A stretch of DNA of 63,541 bases, the filler included, from Chiloscyllium plagiosum (Eukaryota): the NCBI RefSeq assembly GCF_004010195.1. It is 5 parts of one record of this genome, joined end to end, with 100 filler letters (N's around TTAATTAATTAA, not from the genome) between each part and the next. Parts side by side here need not be neighbours in the genome. Positions count along the whole stretch, not along the records: positions 1 to 19,311 come from NC_057711.1; positions 19,412 to 38,516 come from NC_057711.1; 3 more parts are not named here. One strand, 5' to 3'. This document shows positions 12,411 through 24,605 of this stretch, one piece after another (position 1 is the stretch's first letter; each line of letters opens with the position of its first letter). Under the pieces are notes generated by a model, which saw nothing but the letters and a program-made list of their open reading frames with translations, was not told the origin of the DNA and did no database searches. Both the position numbers and the translations under genes were made by a program.

Positions 12411-12727
12411 AGCTCTTTACACAACAAAGAACTATTTTTAGAATGTGGTGACCATTGTAATATAGGAAACATCTAAGCAATTTGTGGCTGAAATTGACCA
12501 TAGGCAACTTTTTAATATTGATTGGGAATAGATATTGGTCAGGACAGTGATGATAATTGACTATTTTTCCTTGAAATTGCATAATGGAATCACTTATACC
12601 ACCTGAGGGGCAGATGGCACCTCTGTTTAATGGCTTATCTAAATGTCAGCACCTCCAGTATTGTAAAACTCCCCTTGCTACTGCGCTGGATTGTTAACAC
12701 AGACTTATGGGCCTAAGTACACTGTGG
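12411..12727 (-). mobile_element. Old Deu-domain SINE (SacSINE1-like)
   Basis: Minus strand reads GGAGGTGCTGACATTTAGATAAGCCATTAAACAGAGG...CTCAGGTGG...TGTCCTGACCAATAT...TTTCCTATATTACAA...TGTAAAGAGCTTT, resembling the recalled SacSINE1 consensus. Confidence 0.65.
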
Positions 12728-13419
12728 AAATTTTTGATCCTTGATCTATAGCCTTGAAGGTGGTCTGCAGGGTGGCACAATATTGTGGGGGTTGACTTCA
12801 AAACTTGACTCTGATATCATGACACACAGCAGATGAGAGCTTTATAAGGGACTGGCAACATGGTGAGTCAAGAGAGTGCACTGATCAGAATATACTATAA
12901 TTAAGATTGTGTCTGTTTACCAGGGGTTAAGTACCTCTTTCAACTTTACACAAAGGATATGGGTCCCTTGCAGAATCAGACCCCCTGCAGTAATATGAAG
13001 ATGGCAAATCAATTCAGTGCTAAATTGAACAGCTGGTAGATAAAGCAGCATACCTTCAGGGTAAGGTTAAACTAGAGCATATATTTGCAAGGAGAGAGCA
13101 TTCAAGCTTTGGAATTGAACATTGTTGATACTTGAGACATGAGATGGGATAGTTGTAAGAAGCATCCGGAAGTGTGGCTCTTTAGACCAGTGGTTCCACC
13201 TGCCAGGGGAATCATGAACTCCTCCAGAGAGGAGAACCTGAGAGGAAAGGAGTTACAGTCAAAGGGATCTGGACAGCGGGAGCCACGTAATCACCTGAAA
13301 ATGAAACCCTGACATCAGGAGACATGAGAGACCACAGAGGGGAATGCAGGCTGGCTCCAGAGTGAAGACCAAGGTGCAGTTTTCTGAAAGATCATTGTGC
13401 AATGATGAAAGATGAGTAG

Positions 13420-13520
13420 AACTCTAGTGGTATTGATGGCCAGCTGATGCCAGTGATAATGACACCATGGCTGTCTTCCAGTACATGAATCAAAAGGGGT
13501 TCACGTGCTGGTTCAACTAA
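13420..13520 (+). mobile_element. Possible Harbinger transposase relic
   Basis: GIDG...MTPW...(frameshift)YMNQKGF resembles the G.ID.TH...AP...NRKG motif of HARBI1-like transposases. Confidence 0.35.
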
Positions 13521-13979
13521 TTAAGAAGGCATGTGTTGAAGTTTATTGAAAGGGGAAGAGAAAAAGGTAGCAGCAGTTTTACAGAGATTCAACGAGGTCA
13601 CATCTGGAGTACCAGTCAGTTTAGTCTCCTTATTTGAAAAAAATGTATGTGTTGTTATGCCAACCAATATCAAGTTCGGTTGGGGTACTTTTCTGCCACA
13701 ATTACCTTTCCTTATCTGGGTGAAAAGGCCTAGTTAGTTTACATTGGCAGAGGAAATCTACTGCTGAGAAGCTCCTGTATTAAACAAGATGTAGTGTATT
13801 GCATTTTAGTAATCAGTTACAAGTTACGTTGGCAAGTTACACATTATTACTAAGACTATTGGGAGACCTCTGAATATAAGTCTTCACTCCACAAGATCCT
13901 AAGATGCTCTGTGTTTCCCTGCTCAAGTCCCTTTAAAATCATCAGGTTGGATGGAGCTTATTCCAGTCTCTAGCATGAG

Positions 13980-14885
13980 TCATAAAGTCACAAAGCACAA
14001 AAACATTTCCTTTGGCCCAACCATTCCATGCTGACCATAGTCCCAAACTAAACTAAGCCCACTGCCTGCACTTGGCTCACATTCATTCAAGCCTTTCTTA
14101 TTCATGTACTTATCTAAATGTCTCTTAAACGTTTTAACTGTCATCCACACTCATCACGTCATCTGAAAGATCATTCCACACACAAACTACTCTTGATCTA
14201 AAAAAATGCCCCCATGTCTTTTAAATCTTTCACCTCTCACCTTAAAACTATGCCCCCTAGTCTTAAAATCCCCCACACTGGGGAAAAGACACCTTCCATT
14301 CATCTTATCCAAACCCCTCATGATTCATCAGTCTCCATTAGGTCTTCCCACAACTTCCTATGCTCCAGTGACGAAAATCCCACCTCTCCTTATAATTCAA
14401 AGCCTCTATTCCCAGCAACATCCTGGTAAATCTTTTATGCACCCTTTGCAGTTTAATAATATCCTCCCTATAACAGAATTGGGCACAGTATTCCAGACGA
14501 GGTCTCACCAACGTCCTGTATAACCTTAACATAACATCTCAACTCCTATACTCAAAGGAGCAATGAAGTCAAGCACGCTAAATGCCTTTTTAACAACCTT
14601 GTGTATATGTGATGCAAACAAAGACTTATGTACATGAGCCCTTAGGTATTTCTGTTCTACAACACTACCCAAGACCTTACTTTTAATTGTATAAGTCCTG
14701 CCCTTGTTAGTTTTATCAAAATGCAATACTTCACATTTATCCAAATTAAATTCCATATGTCACTCTTCAGCCCATTGATACAATTGATCAAGATTTCTTT
14801 GTAATCTTAGATAACCTTCTTCACTATCTACTATACCACAAATTTTGGTGTCATCCTCAAACTTAGTAATCGTGCCTTCTATATT
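13980..14885 (-). mobile_element. Degraded CR1 3' fragment
   Basis: ORFs MEFNLDKCEVLHF and LYRTLVRPRLEYC. Confidence 0.9.
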
Positions 14886-14999
14886 CTACCGACAAGCTTT
14901 TATTCCCCATTATCATCAGTAATGTATTATTTTATTTAATAACATTGACAACAGCCCAATATCTCAATCAATATTATGCTTCCATAAAACCTAATCATC

Positions 15000-15215
15000 A
15001 GTCTTCCAAAAGCTGTGATAGCATCTTTTTGAGAGAGAAACAGAGTTAATGAATCAGGTGCAATATGAAAGGACGTTCTAAATAACAGTCATATGGGACT
15101 AGAAATGTGAATTCTATTTCTCACAACAGGTGCTGTTGGAGCTGTTTGGTTTCTCCAGCACTTTCTGTTTTTATTTCATATTTCCAACTTTTGCAGTACT
15201 TTGTTTTTATTTTTC
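15000..15215. mobile_element. Degraded fold-back PLE-end / MER6-like mini element
   Basis: GAGAGAAACAGAGTTAA...TTTCTCCAGCACTTTCTGTTTTTATTTCA, related to 36018-36180, 51170-51275 and 55740-55880. Confidence 0.5.
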
Positions 15216-15249
15216 CAGAATATGCTCTCCTTGAACTTGAAATATTGAT

Positions 15250-17355
15250 TGGTCTTTATCTTGAAGATTGCTAACCTTGATTCTGCTCTTAACCTACGTA
15301 GTCTGTAAGGTCTCTCCACAGTAATTTTGATCTCTTGGAGATGCTTCATTGATCATATTTTCCCAGCTAAACTGTGTAGTCAGTCCCTTACCTTATCTGG
15401 AGGGCCAGTAGTTTTCTAAACTTCTTTCTCGGAAGAACTCTTCCGTGCTGAACAAGGTAATTATCCCATATTATTCTGCAGGGGACCTTTAATCTCATGA
15501 GTTTCCTTAATGGAAAATAGTTGCTCTGTTAAAACTGATATTTTCTATTTTAGCTGTAACCTGGATTTCTGGGCCACATAATTTCTTGCCAACTGTGGAT
15601 TGAATCTGTGGATATTGACCATTTCACCTTAATGTTGGCACCCATAGAGTCATTTGCACCCCATCTTCAACCTGTATGTAAATTTTAATTCTCAATGTGG
15701 TAATACATCGGTGTTTAAGTAATCAAACACATGGCTTCAACGTGTGAATTATATTGAACATCTTCATTTGCTAACCGTGGATTGAATCTGTGGACATTGA
15801 TGTTGTTGGCTTATTGGTGAATCCAGCATGCACATATCCTTGGTCAGAAAACTCGAGGATCGCTGCTGACTTAAATCTGGGAGAGGAAAAACTTGTGTTG
15901 TTCTATCAACTGCATAAAATTTAAATCTGCTATTACTATTTGTTCACCAACCTAAGTAATTTCAGCTAAAGATTGATCAATGAGCTCAAGTGAGTTGTAC
16001 TGTTCATTCATTTCCTGTTCACCTCAATCTTCTTGCAAACCCTCTAGTATTTTGAATGCTATTCCGTTATGACAAGCTTGTTTTTAGTACTGACAATCAG
16101 GTGCAGCCTCAGTTCTCAAATAATCTCCTCCTGAGAACTCAGGACAATGAGTAAACCGTGGCTTCATACCTGGTGAACCCTTAAAGTCCCAGTGTATCAT
16201 TCAGATCATCTTCCTGAAGGGAATATGGAACAACTAATCTTCCTTATACAGGCAAGTCATCCATGACCATGAAATGCTGTGGATGCGCAAAGTACTGTAT
16301 CTGTTCTCAGTTAACTCACTGGTCTTTTACTCTGGCCATCGTTCAACGCAATATCAGTGAATGGGGGCACATTCTTTTCCATTTTTTATTATTGTTGAAT
16401 CTGCTTCAGCCTCTGATGGCTTTTTGGCCACTCGTATATCTTGGCCATGTAAAATATATTTCTCATGCCATCACAGCTAAATTCAACAGATTATTTATTA
16501 TTTTTGGGTTCTACCATGAGTCAAGGAAATCCAGTGAAAAAATTCTGTCAGTTCCCCCATGACAATGCATTAACTTTTTCCACCATAGTTCAGTTGTTTT
16601 TGGGCAGGCTTGGAATATCTCTGTCTCTTTTGTTCTGTTCACTGTCCACTGGAATTAACTGAACTCCTTCTGTGACTTCAAGAAGGTTAAAGTCAAGACA
16701 CACATGCATTCTTAGAATGAAGACTCTTGATGATGAATTATATTATAGTCTCTACTATCTTCCTCCTTTTATGTTCCAGTTCTCCTTGTAATATATCTTT
16801 AATCTTGAGGGCTGTTCTACCTAGACCATGTGTAATTTCCAACCCTAAGGGATATAATTACTGATTCTTCCTCCATGCTAAATAAACTGTGATAAGGTTG
16901 TTCTTTTCCTCTCTGGATTCCTCTGTGAATCTTCTTGCATTCTGTTTTGAGCACAATCTGAGTAGTGTTCTCCAAAGTCGACTCTTCTGTGGACTGTAAT
17001 AAATGTGCAAAAGTCTCATTGGTTAAATGAATAACAAATCTGTTTCTCATCAATTCTTATTTCAAAACATATACTCATAGTTTTCTGCTAATTTGTAATG
17101 ATAATTAATTAAATTATCTGTGCATTCTCCTAAATGCTGAACTTATGTTAAATCTTGTTCTTTCAAGAACTTTGTTTGTGCTCAGATTAACATAATTGTC
17201 AAAAACTTGTAGAACTTCATGAAATGTATCTACACTGTTTTTATGTTTTGATGAGGTATAGTGTCATCAGCTGAACTTCCTCGTGAATGCAAAAGTGCAT
17301 TGTTCAATTTGTGATTTAATGTCTAACTTGGAAGCAATTCTATAGAGTAAGACCT
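15250..17355 (-). mobile_element. Highly degraded Gypsy LTR retrotransposon (gag, post-protease and integrase-proximal remnants)
   Basis: Minus-strand pieces EVLQVFDNYVNLSTNKVLERTRFN...YKLAENYEY...LMRNRFVI..LLQSTEESTLE (gag), ELEHK...ETI(Y)..HQESS and RLVVPYSLQ. Confidence 0.7.
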
Positions 17356-17357
17356 AT

Positions 17358-17470
17358 GTTGTGGTTCTGTTCGCCGAGCTGGGAGGATGTCACCTAGACA
17401 GGGGACGAAACGTCTGCAACACAAATTCCCAGCTCGGCAAACAGAACCACAACAAAGAGCACCCGAGCTC
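17358..17470 (+). mobile_element. Mini fold-back PLE terminal fragment with a 5'-truncated hammerhead
   Basis: GTTGTGGTTCTGTTCGCCGAGCTGGGA (17358-17384) is the inverse of 17427-17453; between them lies GGATGTCACCTAGACAGGGGACGAAACGTC, the same family as 54658-54698. Confidence 0.8.
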
Positions 17471-18509
17471 TCAATGCTGCTCTACTCTCTTTCCCAAATA
17501 GATTCTTTTCTCTTGGGTACAGCAATGCTTTTTATTTACCTTACCTTAAAAGTTTTCTAACTCTGTGGTATAGTAGTGCTTTATCATAGAACCGCATATT
17601 AAAGTTTTCTTCATTTTTTTGTGGTCCAAATGAAGGTTTTGTGCCTTCTGCAACTAAAATGGAGATTTCCTGCTTTCTCATGGGAAACAATGGATAGTCT
17701 TCTATCTTTCATAAACTAATAAGCAATGTCACATCCTTTTCCCCAAATAAAGCTGAGTACCTCAGATTTAAGAAGTTCTTCTCACCTGATAGGCAACTTA
17801 AATTGTGAATCTTCGTTTTTCTATTGCAGTTTTATTGTCACCTTCTATTAGACTCACTCTCTTTAGGCTCATAAATTATTCTGCCATCACCTTAATACCA
17901 ACTTGCAATTTTACCACTGTTGCAACCACAGATACCTTTATGGCCTTTGGTTCCCTTCCTGTAGCTGGGTCTTGTGGACTCTGATCGCTATCATGGTGAT
18001 GCTCATTGTGATCCTTTTCAACTTGCAGCCTCCTCAAACCAATCTGTGCTTCAATTTAAAGTTTCCCTTTTCCCAATGGGTATTTTTAATTTTACTCATG
18101 AAATTCCGATGTCTGATCATGACTTGGCTGATCCTTTCATCAGGACTGTTCCTACAGATCCTCACTTCCCGATGGAATTTATAGCTTGTAAGTTTGACTG
18201 GTTTCTAACTCACACTTGTTTCTGTGCTTCTCTAACTTGGTTTGAAGCAAAAAGTTTTATTTACCATTGAGTGCCTTTTGTTGTTATTGATCTTTTTTCA
18301 GGTTTGCCCTGCAGGCTAGTTGACTGTTAAGCTGTTGCAGCTGCCAACTGTCTGCATGAGTTGTTCTTAAAGCTGTAAAATTTTTAAATCTGTGAAGATG
18401 TAGTAGTGGTCCTGTGTTCAATGAATTCTTATGGTTTTAACCTGATGTTATTAGTCACTACCGCCTTGTGGTTGGGTTAACATGCTATCATCTTTCCCAT
18501 TTCTTGTTG

Positions 18510-20038
18510 TGTAAGTTAAATCAGGAGCTGATGTAAGTTAAATCAGGAGCTGAAATTGGCCTGTCGCAAAGATGTCACTACAGTTGTTATGGGGGATTTT
18601 AACATGCAGCTAGACTGGGAGAATCAGGATGGTATTGGGCCACAAGAAAGAGACTTTGTGGAGTGCCTCAGAGATGGATTCTTAGAGCAGCTGGTGCTGG
18701 AGCCGACCAGGGAGAAGGCAATTCTGGATCTGGTATTGTGTAACAAACCAGAATTGGTCAGAGACCTCGAAGTGAAGGAGCCATTGGGAAGTAGTGACCA
18801 TAATACAATAAGCTACAATCTGCAATTTGAGAGGGAGAGGATACAGTCGGAAGTGACAGTACTTCTGTTAAATAAAGGGAATTATGGAGCTATGAGGGAG
18901 GAGCTGGCCAAAGTTCAATGGTGCAATACCTTAGCAGGGAAGACCGTGGAGGAACAATGGCGGATATTTCTGGGTATAATGCAGAAGTTGCAGGACCAGT
19001 TCAGTCCTAAAAGGAAGAAAGATCCCAGGACGAGGCATGGGCGGCCGTGGCTGACGAGAGAAGTAAAGAAACATATAAAGTTAAAAGAGAAAAAGTATAA
19101 CATAGCTAAGATAAGTGGGAAAACCGAGGACTGGGAAGTTTTAAAGAACAACAGAGGATTACTAAGAAGGAAATACGCAGAGGAAAAATAGGTACGAAGG
19201 TAAACTGGCCAAGAATATTAAGGAGGATAGTAAAAGCTTCTTTGGGTATGTGCAAGGCAAAAAAATGGTTAGGACAAAAATTGGGCCCTCGAAGACAGAA
19301 ACAGGGGAATANNNNNNNNNNNNNNNNNNNNNNNNNNNNNNNNNNNNNNNNNNNNTTAATTAATTAANNNNNNNNNNNNNNNNNNNNNNNNNNNNNNNNN
19401 NNNNNNNNNNNTTATCTCAAGAGAGTTGGAATATAAAAGCACTGTTGTACTACTGAGGCTTTATAAAGCTCTGGTTAGGCCCCATTTGGAGTACTGTGTC
19501 TAGTTTTGGTCCCCACACCTCAGGAAGGACATACTGGTACTGGAGCGTGTCCAGCGGAGATTCACACGGATGATCCCTGGAATGGTAGGTCTAACATATG
19601 GGGAATGGCTGAGGATCCTGGAATTGTATTCATTGGAGTTTAGAAGATTAAGGGGAGATCTAATAGAAACTTACAAGATAATACATGGCTTGGAAAGGGT
19701 GGACACTAGGAAATTGTTTCCGGTAGGCGAGGAGACTAGGACCTGTGGACACAGCCTTAGAATTAGAGGGGGTAAATTCAGAACAGAAATGCGGAGACAT
19801 TTCTTCAGCCAGAGAGTGGTGAGCCTGTGGAAAACATTGCCGCGGAGTGCAGTAGAGGCTGGGACACTAAATGTCTTCAAGGCTGAGATTGATAAATTCT
19901 TGATGTCACAAGGAATTAAGGGCTACGGGGAGAATGCGGGTAAGTGGAGTTGAAATGCCCATCAGCCATGATTAAATGGCGGAGTGGACTCTACGGGCCG
20001 AATGGCCTTACTTCCACTCCTATGTCTTATGGTCTTAT
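18510..20038 (+). mobile_element. 5'-truncated CR1 LINE (end of the endonuclease domain to the 3' tail), split by an assembly gap
   Basis: GDFN...PTR..AILDLVL...SDH motifs in ORF 18556..19191; RT C-terminus 19412-19953; TATGTCTTATGGTCTTAT tail. Confidence 0.93.
19312..19411. other. Assembly gap N44-TTAATTAATTAA-N44
   Basis: The identical 100-bp structure occurs four times; the linker has stops in all frames. Confidence 0.97.
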
Positions 20039-20649
20039 ACTCAACCTTCCCTGTTTCTGTAACAACTTCCAAATGGCAACCTCGAGGACTCTACATTCCT
20101 CCAACTCTGTCCTCCTGAACATCAGTACTTTATACACTCCTTCATTTGCAGTCAGTACTTCAGCTGTCTGGATGTTAAGCCTTGTAATTCCCCCTCTACC
20201 TCTCCATCTTAAGACATTCCACAAAACCTATCATTTGAGCCAGTTTTTGGCCACATCTTTTATATATGAGACATGACAATATTGATAAGAGATACAACCA
20301 ATGGATCAAAACTAAGCTTCACAATCTTGTCTCATTTCATTTCGTGATGGGCAAAAAAAAACTGACTGGCAGTGAAGGTTTCACAATATCACTATCCTCA
20401 ATGCTGGGAGAGCCAAGTGTATCAGTGCTGAGTGGATGATCCATCTCCTATAGTCCTTAAATGTACTCATTTATATGAGGTGATGAAATGGCTGAAGGCA
20501 CTGCATAGTTCAAAAACATTGGGTTTGAATAGATTTGTTAATAGTGTTGAAAACATGTTCTAGTACAAGCCTCTATCCAATTGTTCCCATACAGATAGGT
20601 GGATGCTACTGTTCTAACAGTGTAGAAAATTGCTTCGGTATATCTTGTA

Positions 20650-22010
20650 CACAAAAAGTAGGACAAATCCAAACCAATCATTTACTGTCCCATTCGCCTA
20701 TTCTCTATCATCAGCAAAGTGATTGAAGAGGTCATCAACCGTGCTGTCAAGTGGTACTGACACAGTAATAAGCTGCTCACTGCTCCATTTCTTTCCACCA
20801 GTGGTATTCAGTTTCTGTCCTAATTACAGCCTTGGTCCAAGCATGCACAAAATCACTGAAAATTGGAAGAGAAGTAGGAATGACTGCTCTTGATATCAAG
20901 TCACCATTTCACCAATATTAAGGAACCCTAATAAAACTGAAGGTAATGGGATCTCTCTCCACTGGGGTGTATTTAGCAGAAAGAAATATGGTTATTACAT
21001 GTCAATCATCTCTGTACCAAGATGTTGCTGGACAAAATCCAAGGTATCATCCTTGTTAGGCCCAATAATCTTCAGCTGCATCATCAATGCCATTCCTTCC
21101 AAGCTCAGAAGTGGCAAAGTTTACTGACAATTGCATAATGTTCAGTACTATTCACAACTCTTCAGAAAATGAAGCAATCAGTGTCCATATTGAGAGAGGC
21201 CTGGCAATGTTTAGCTCTGGGCTGTATTCAGGTTTGGACTGACAAGTGACAAGTACCATTCACACCACACAGTGCCATAAATGAGCATTTCCAACAAGAG
21301 AATCTAATCATTTTCCCCTAACATTCACAGCATTATCACTGCTGAATCACCACCTCTCAACATTCTGGTTACTCTTGACCAGCAACTGAACTGGAGCAGC
21401 CACATAGTAATAATGTCTGCAAGAGCAAGTCAGTGGCTTGGAATTCTACAGCAAGTAATTCACCTCCTAAATTCCCAAAGCCTGCCCACCTACTACAAGA
21501 TAGAAATCAAGAGTGTGAGGAAATACTCTTCACTTGCCAGAATCAGTGCAGCTCCAGAAACATTCAAGCATGACATCATCCAAGACCAAGCAACCAGCTT
21601 AATTGGCATCCTTTTAAAGATCTTTAAATATTCAGTCCCTCTACCAGTGTCACCCACTTGTAGATAGCAAGTTTGTGCTATCTACAGGATGCTCTGCAGA
21701 AACTTACCAAAGCACCTTTTGGAAACATCTTCCAAGACTATGATCTGTACCACAATGGCAGCAGATGCCTGGGAATATAAACATTTGCCTATTTTGCTTC
21801 AAGTAACTTTCCATCCTGATTTGCACGTACACCACTGTTCCTACACTGTTACTGAGACTCCATTTCGGACAACTCTGGGTGTGTCTGCACCACATTTTAC
21901 TGCAGTGGTTCAAGAAGGTGGGCTGCTGCCATCTTTCTAAGGACAATTAGGGATGTGTAATAAATGCTGGTCTAGCTATCAATGTTCATATCCCATGAGC
22001 AAATTTATTT
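20650..22010 (+). mobile_element. Degraded L2/CR1-clade LINE (RT to 3' end)
   Basis: ALDIK..F, LGPIIFSCIIN and FTD remnants; ends in a TAAATGCTGG..TAGC...CATATCCCATGA tail also seen at 34860, 57960 and 58880. Confidence 0.7.
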
Positions 22011-23404
22011 CAAAGATTTTACAAATCTGTAACAAAAACAAATTGAAAATTGAGTCACTGAGGTTTATTGAAAATTGAGTCGCTGAGGTTTATTGAAACA
22101 GGGAACCCTGCCAGATTAACTTGGTGTCTTCCCATGTCTTTGTCCAAGGTCGGGAGTCAAATGGTATTTGTGTATACCTGATTGGCTTCTGGCAGTGGTT
22201 CTGCTGCCTCTGGATTACCTGGTGAAGTTGAAGTTGCCAGGAGGTTGTGATACCTGCAGTACCAGTGATGCATTCTAAAGTAAGAAAATCTCTCTTATGT
22301 ATTATGTAATTCATTATCCCCATCCAATTGGAAGTCTAGACTTATCAGAGCCCAGAAGGCACATGCTTAGGTGTGAAGACTTGCTTAGAAAAGATGGTTT
22401 TAAAGGGTGCCATAATTGAGTTTAAAAAAGGCAAAACAGTGAGGGTATTTAAGGACAGAATTCCTAAGCTTAACGCTGGAAAGGCTGAAAGCGACCTCCC
22501 AATGTTTTAAGTATTAAAATAGAAGATTTTCAAGAGACCTGAATTAAAGGTATATGGAGATCTGAGAGGATGTAAGGCTGGAAGAGGCTGATTGAAGTGT
22601 GATGATTTATAAACAAAAATGAGAATTTTCAAAACTAATTCTTCTCTATAAAGTGCCTAGGAACATGTATTTAAAGTAGTTTTTTTTTCTATTTTAGCTG
22701 TAAGTTTTTTGTAAATTGTTAGCAGCTGATTGAGGGAATGGGTCTAATTGCACATCTAGGAAATGGGCAGTGAAGGTTTAGATAACCTCACGTTTATGCA
22801 GTGGGAAGTTTGGATGCCAGCCAGGAGTTGGTTGGAATAGTCAAGTTTAGTGGTTGGATAAAGCACAGATACACATTTCTGCAGCAGATGAGCTGAGGCT
22901 CAGCAGAGATCCCATTGTCAAGCTGAAATTTTGATCAGAGTGTCCCATGAAGCAGTCTAAGTTTGGTAGCAGGCATAGCAGTGAATGTCCTTTTTTATTC
23001 TGAGGTAGGCTGCCTTTTCTTGCATGATTACATTGTGCTCAGCTCATTACATACATGCACAAGAAACATAGGGGATCTTGTGGTGAGGATAAGCAGGTTT
23101 ACTACCTTAAGGTGACAGAGGTCATAGTACTACATTTAAATGGCACCCAGACAGGCACTCATTCCCTTTTTAAGTCAGAATCATCATTCACCTCTTGTAT
23201 TGCAGCCTGCAACTGAATATTGTGATATTTTCTTCCACCTTTTCCCAAGTAGATTTCTACCCTGACCCATATCAATTAAATATTAGCATTCTTCCTGTGT
23301 CCTGTGCAACTTAGACTTCTGCAAACCAATGTCCATCATGGCAAAAATGAACTTTTCCCAAAGTTACTCATTCCAAAGTCTGGCAAGTACACCTACTGTA
23401 TACT

Positions 23405-23500
23405 GATTCCTGAAGAAGGGCATGTGCCCAAAACGTCGAATCTTCTGTTCCCTAGATGCTGCCTGACCTGCTGTGCTGTTCCAGCAATAAAGTTTCAGCA
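23405..23500 (+). mobile_element. PLE (Neptune-type) 3' terminal fragment with a mutated hammerhead (23405-23442)
   Basis: GATTC-CTGAAGA-AGGGC/ATGT/GCCC-AAAA-CGTC-GAATC (GAAA changed to AAAA), followed by GATGCTGCCTGACCTGCTG. Confidence 0.75.
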
Positions 23501-23561
23501 ACCACCTACTGTATGCCTCTTGTATGGAGCTGGGAATTTGAAAGCTCATTTTGGTCACTTA

Positions 23562-24605
23562 TAGAGTCATAGATGTACAGCATAGAAACAGATCCTTTGA
23601 TCCAAAATGTCCATGTCAACCAGATATCCCAAACTATTCTAATCCAACCTACCAGCACCCGGCCCATATCCCTCCAAACCCTTCTGTTCATATACCCATC
23701 CAGATGACCTTTTAAGGATTTTGGGCAATCCAAAATGGAGAATGGGAAAAATTTCTGGCTGTAACAGACTGTTCCTTTTTTGAGGTATTTTAGGTGTTGG
23801 GGTGATTTCCTTGAATTCATGCAAAGGGTGGGGTGTGTGTGGAATGGGCTGCCAGAGGACGTGATGGACACTGTATAATTGCAATATTTTAGAGTCATAA
23901 AGTCAAAGAGCTGTAGGGCACAGAAATGAATCCTTCGGTCTAACCTGTCCATGCCAACCAGATATCCCAACCTAATCTCGTCCCCTTTGCCAGCACCCGG
24001 CCCATATCCCTCTAAACTCCTCCTATTCATATACCCATCCAGATGCCTTTCAAATGCTGTAATTGTACCAGCCTCCACCATTTGCTCTGGCAGCTCATTC
24101 CATACATGCACCCCTGACATCCCAACATCTATACTCAACGCTTGGTCAAATAAAGGAAAGCATACCACAAAAGCCTTCTTCACTATCCTATCTTCCTGTG
24201 ACTCTACTTTCAAGGAGCTATGAACCTGCACTCCAAGGTCTCTTTTTGTTTCACAACACTCCCTAGGATCTTGCCACGAAGTATTCAATTCCTGCTAAGA
24301 TTTGCTTTCCCAAAATGCAGCATCTCGTATTTATCTGAATTAAACTCCATCTGCTACTCACCCCAATGGCCCATCTGATCAAGATCCGTTATAATCTGAG
24401 GTAACCTTCTTTGCTGTCCACTACACCTCCAAGTTTGGTGTCATCTGTAAACTTAATAACTATACCTCTTATACTCACATCAAAATCATTTATATAAATG
24501 ATGAAAAGTAGTGGACCCCGCACCGATCCTTGTGACACCTCACTGGTCATTGGCCTATAATCTGAAAAACAACCCTCCACCACCACCCTCTATCTTCTAC
24601 CTTTT
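23562..24605 (-). mobile_element. Cluster of CR1 RT and 3'-end fragments
   Basis: EVSQGSVRGPLLFIIYIND..FTDDTK in ORF 24389..24586; duplicated 3' ends at 23562-23715 and 23895-24110. Confidence 0.9.

Larger units (their letters stand above)
11915..12727. repeat. 160-bp inverted repeat (arms 11915-12074 and 12568-12727), 159/160 identical
   Basis: Direct reverse-complement comparison; single mismatch (C12001 vs A12641); 493-bp spacer. Confidence 0.95.

Noticed and set aside
15593..15800. ~26-bp direct repeat GTGGATTGAATCTGTGGA.ATTGA, 182 bp apart
   Set aside because: Lies within the decayed Gypsy relic; only two copies and no further structure.
19356..19367. Palindromic TTAATTAATTAA motif recurring four times
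   Set aside because: Always centred in 100-bp N blocks; an artificial scaffold linker, not biology.
23506..24288. 260-aa minus-strand ORF
   Set aside because: Chance read-through of several joined CR1 fragments in mixed frames.
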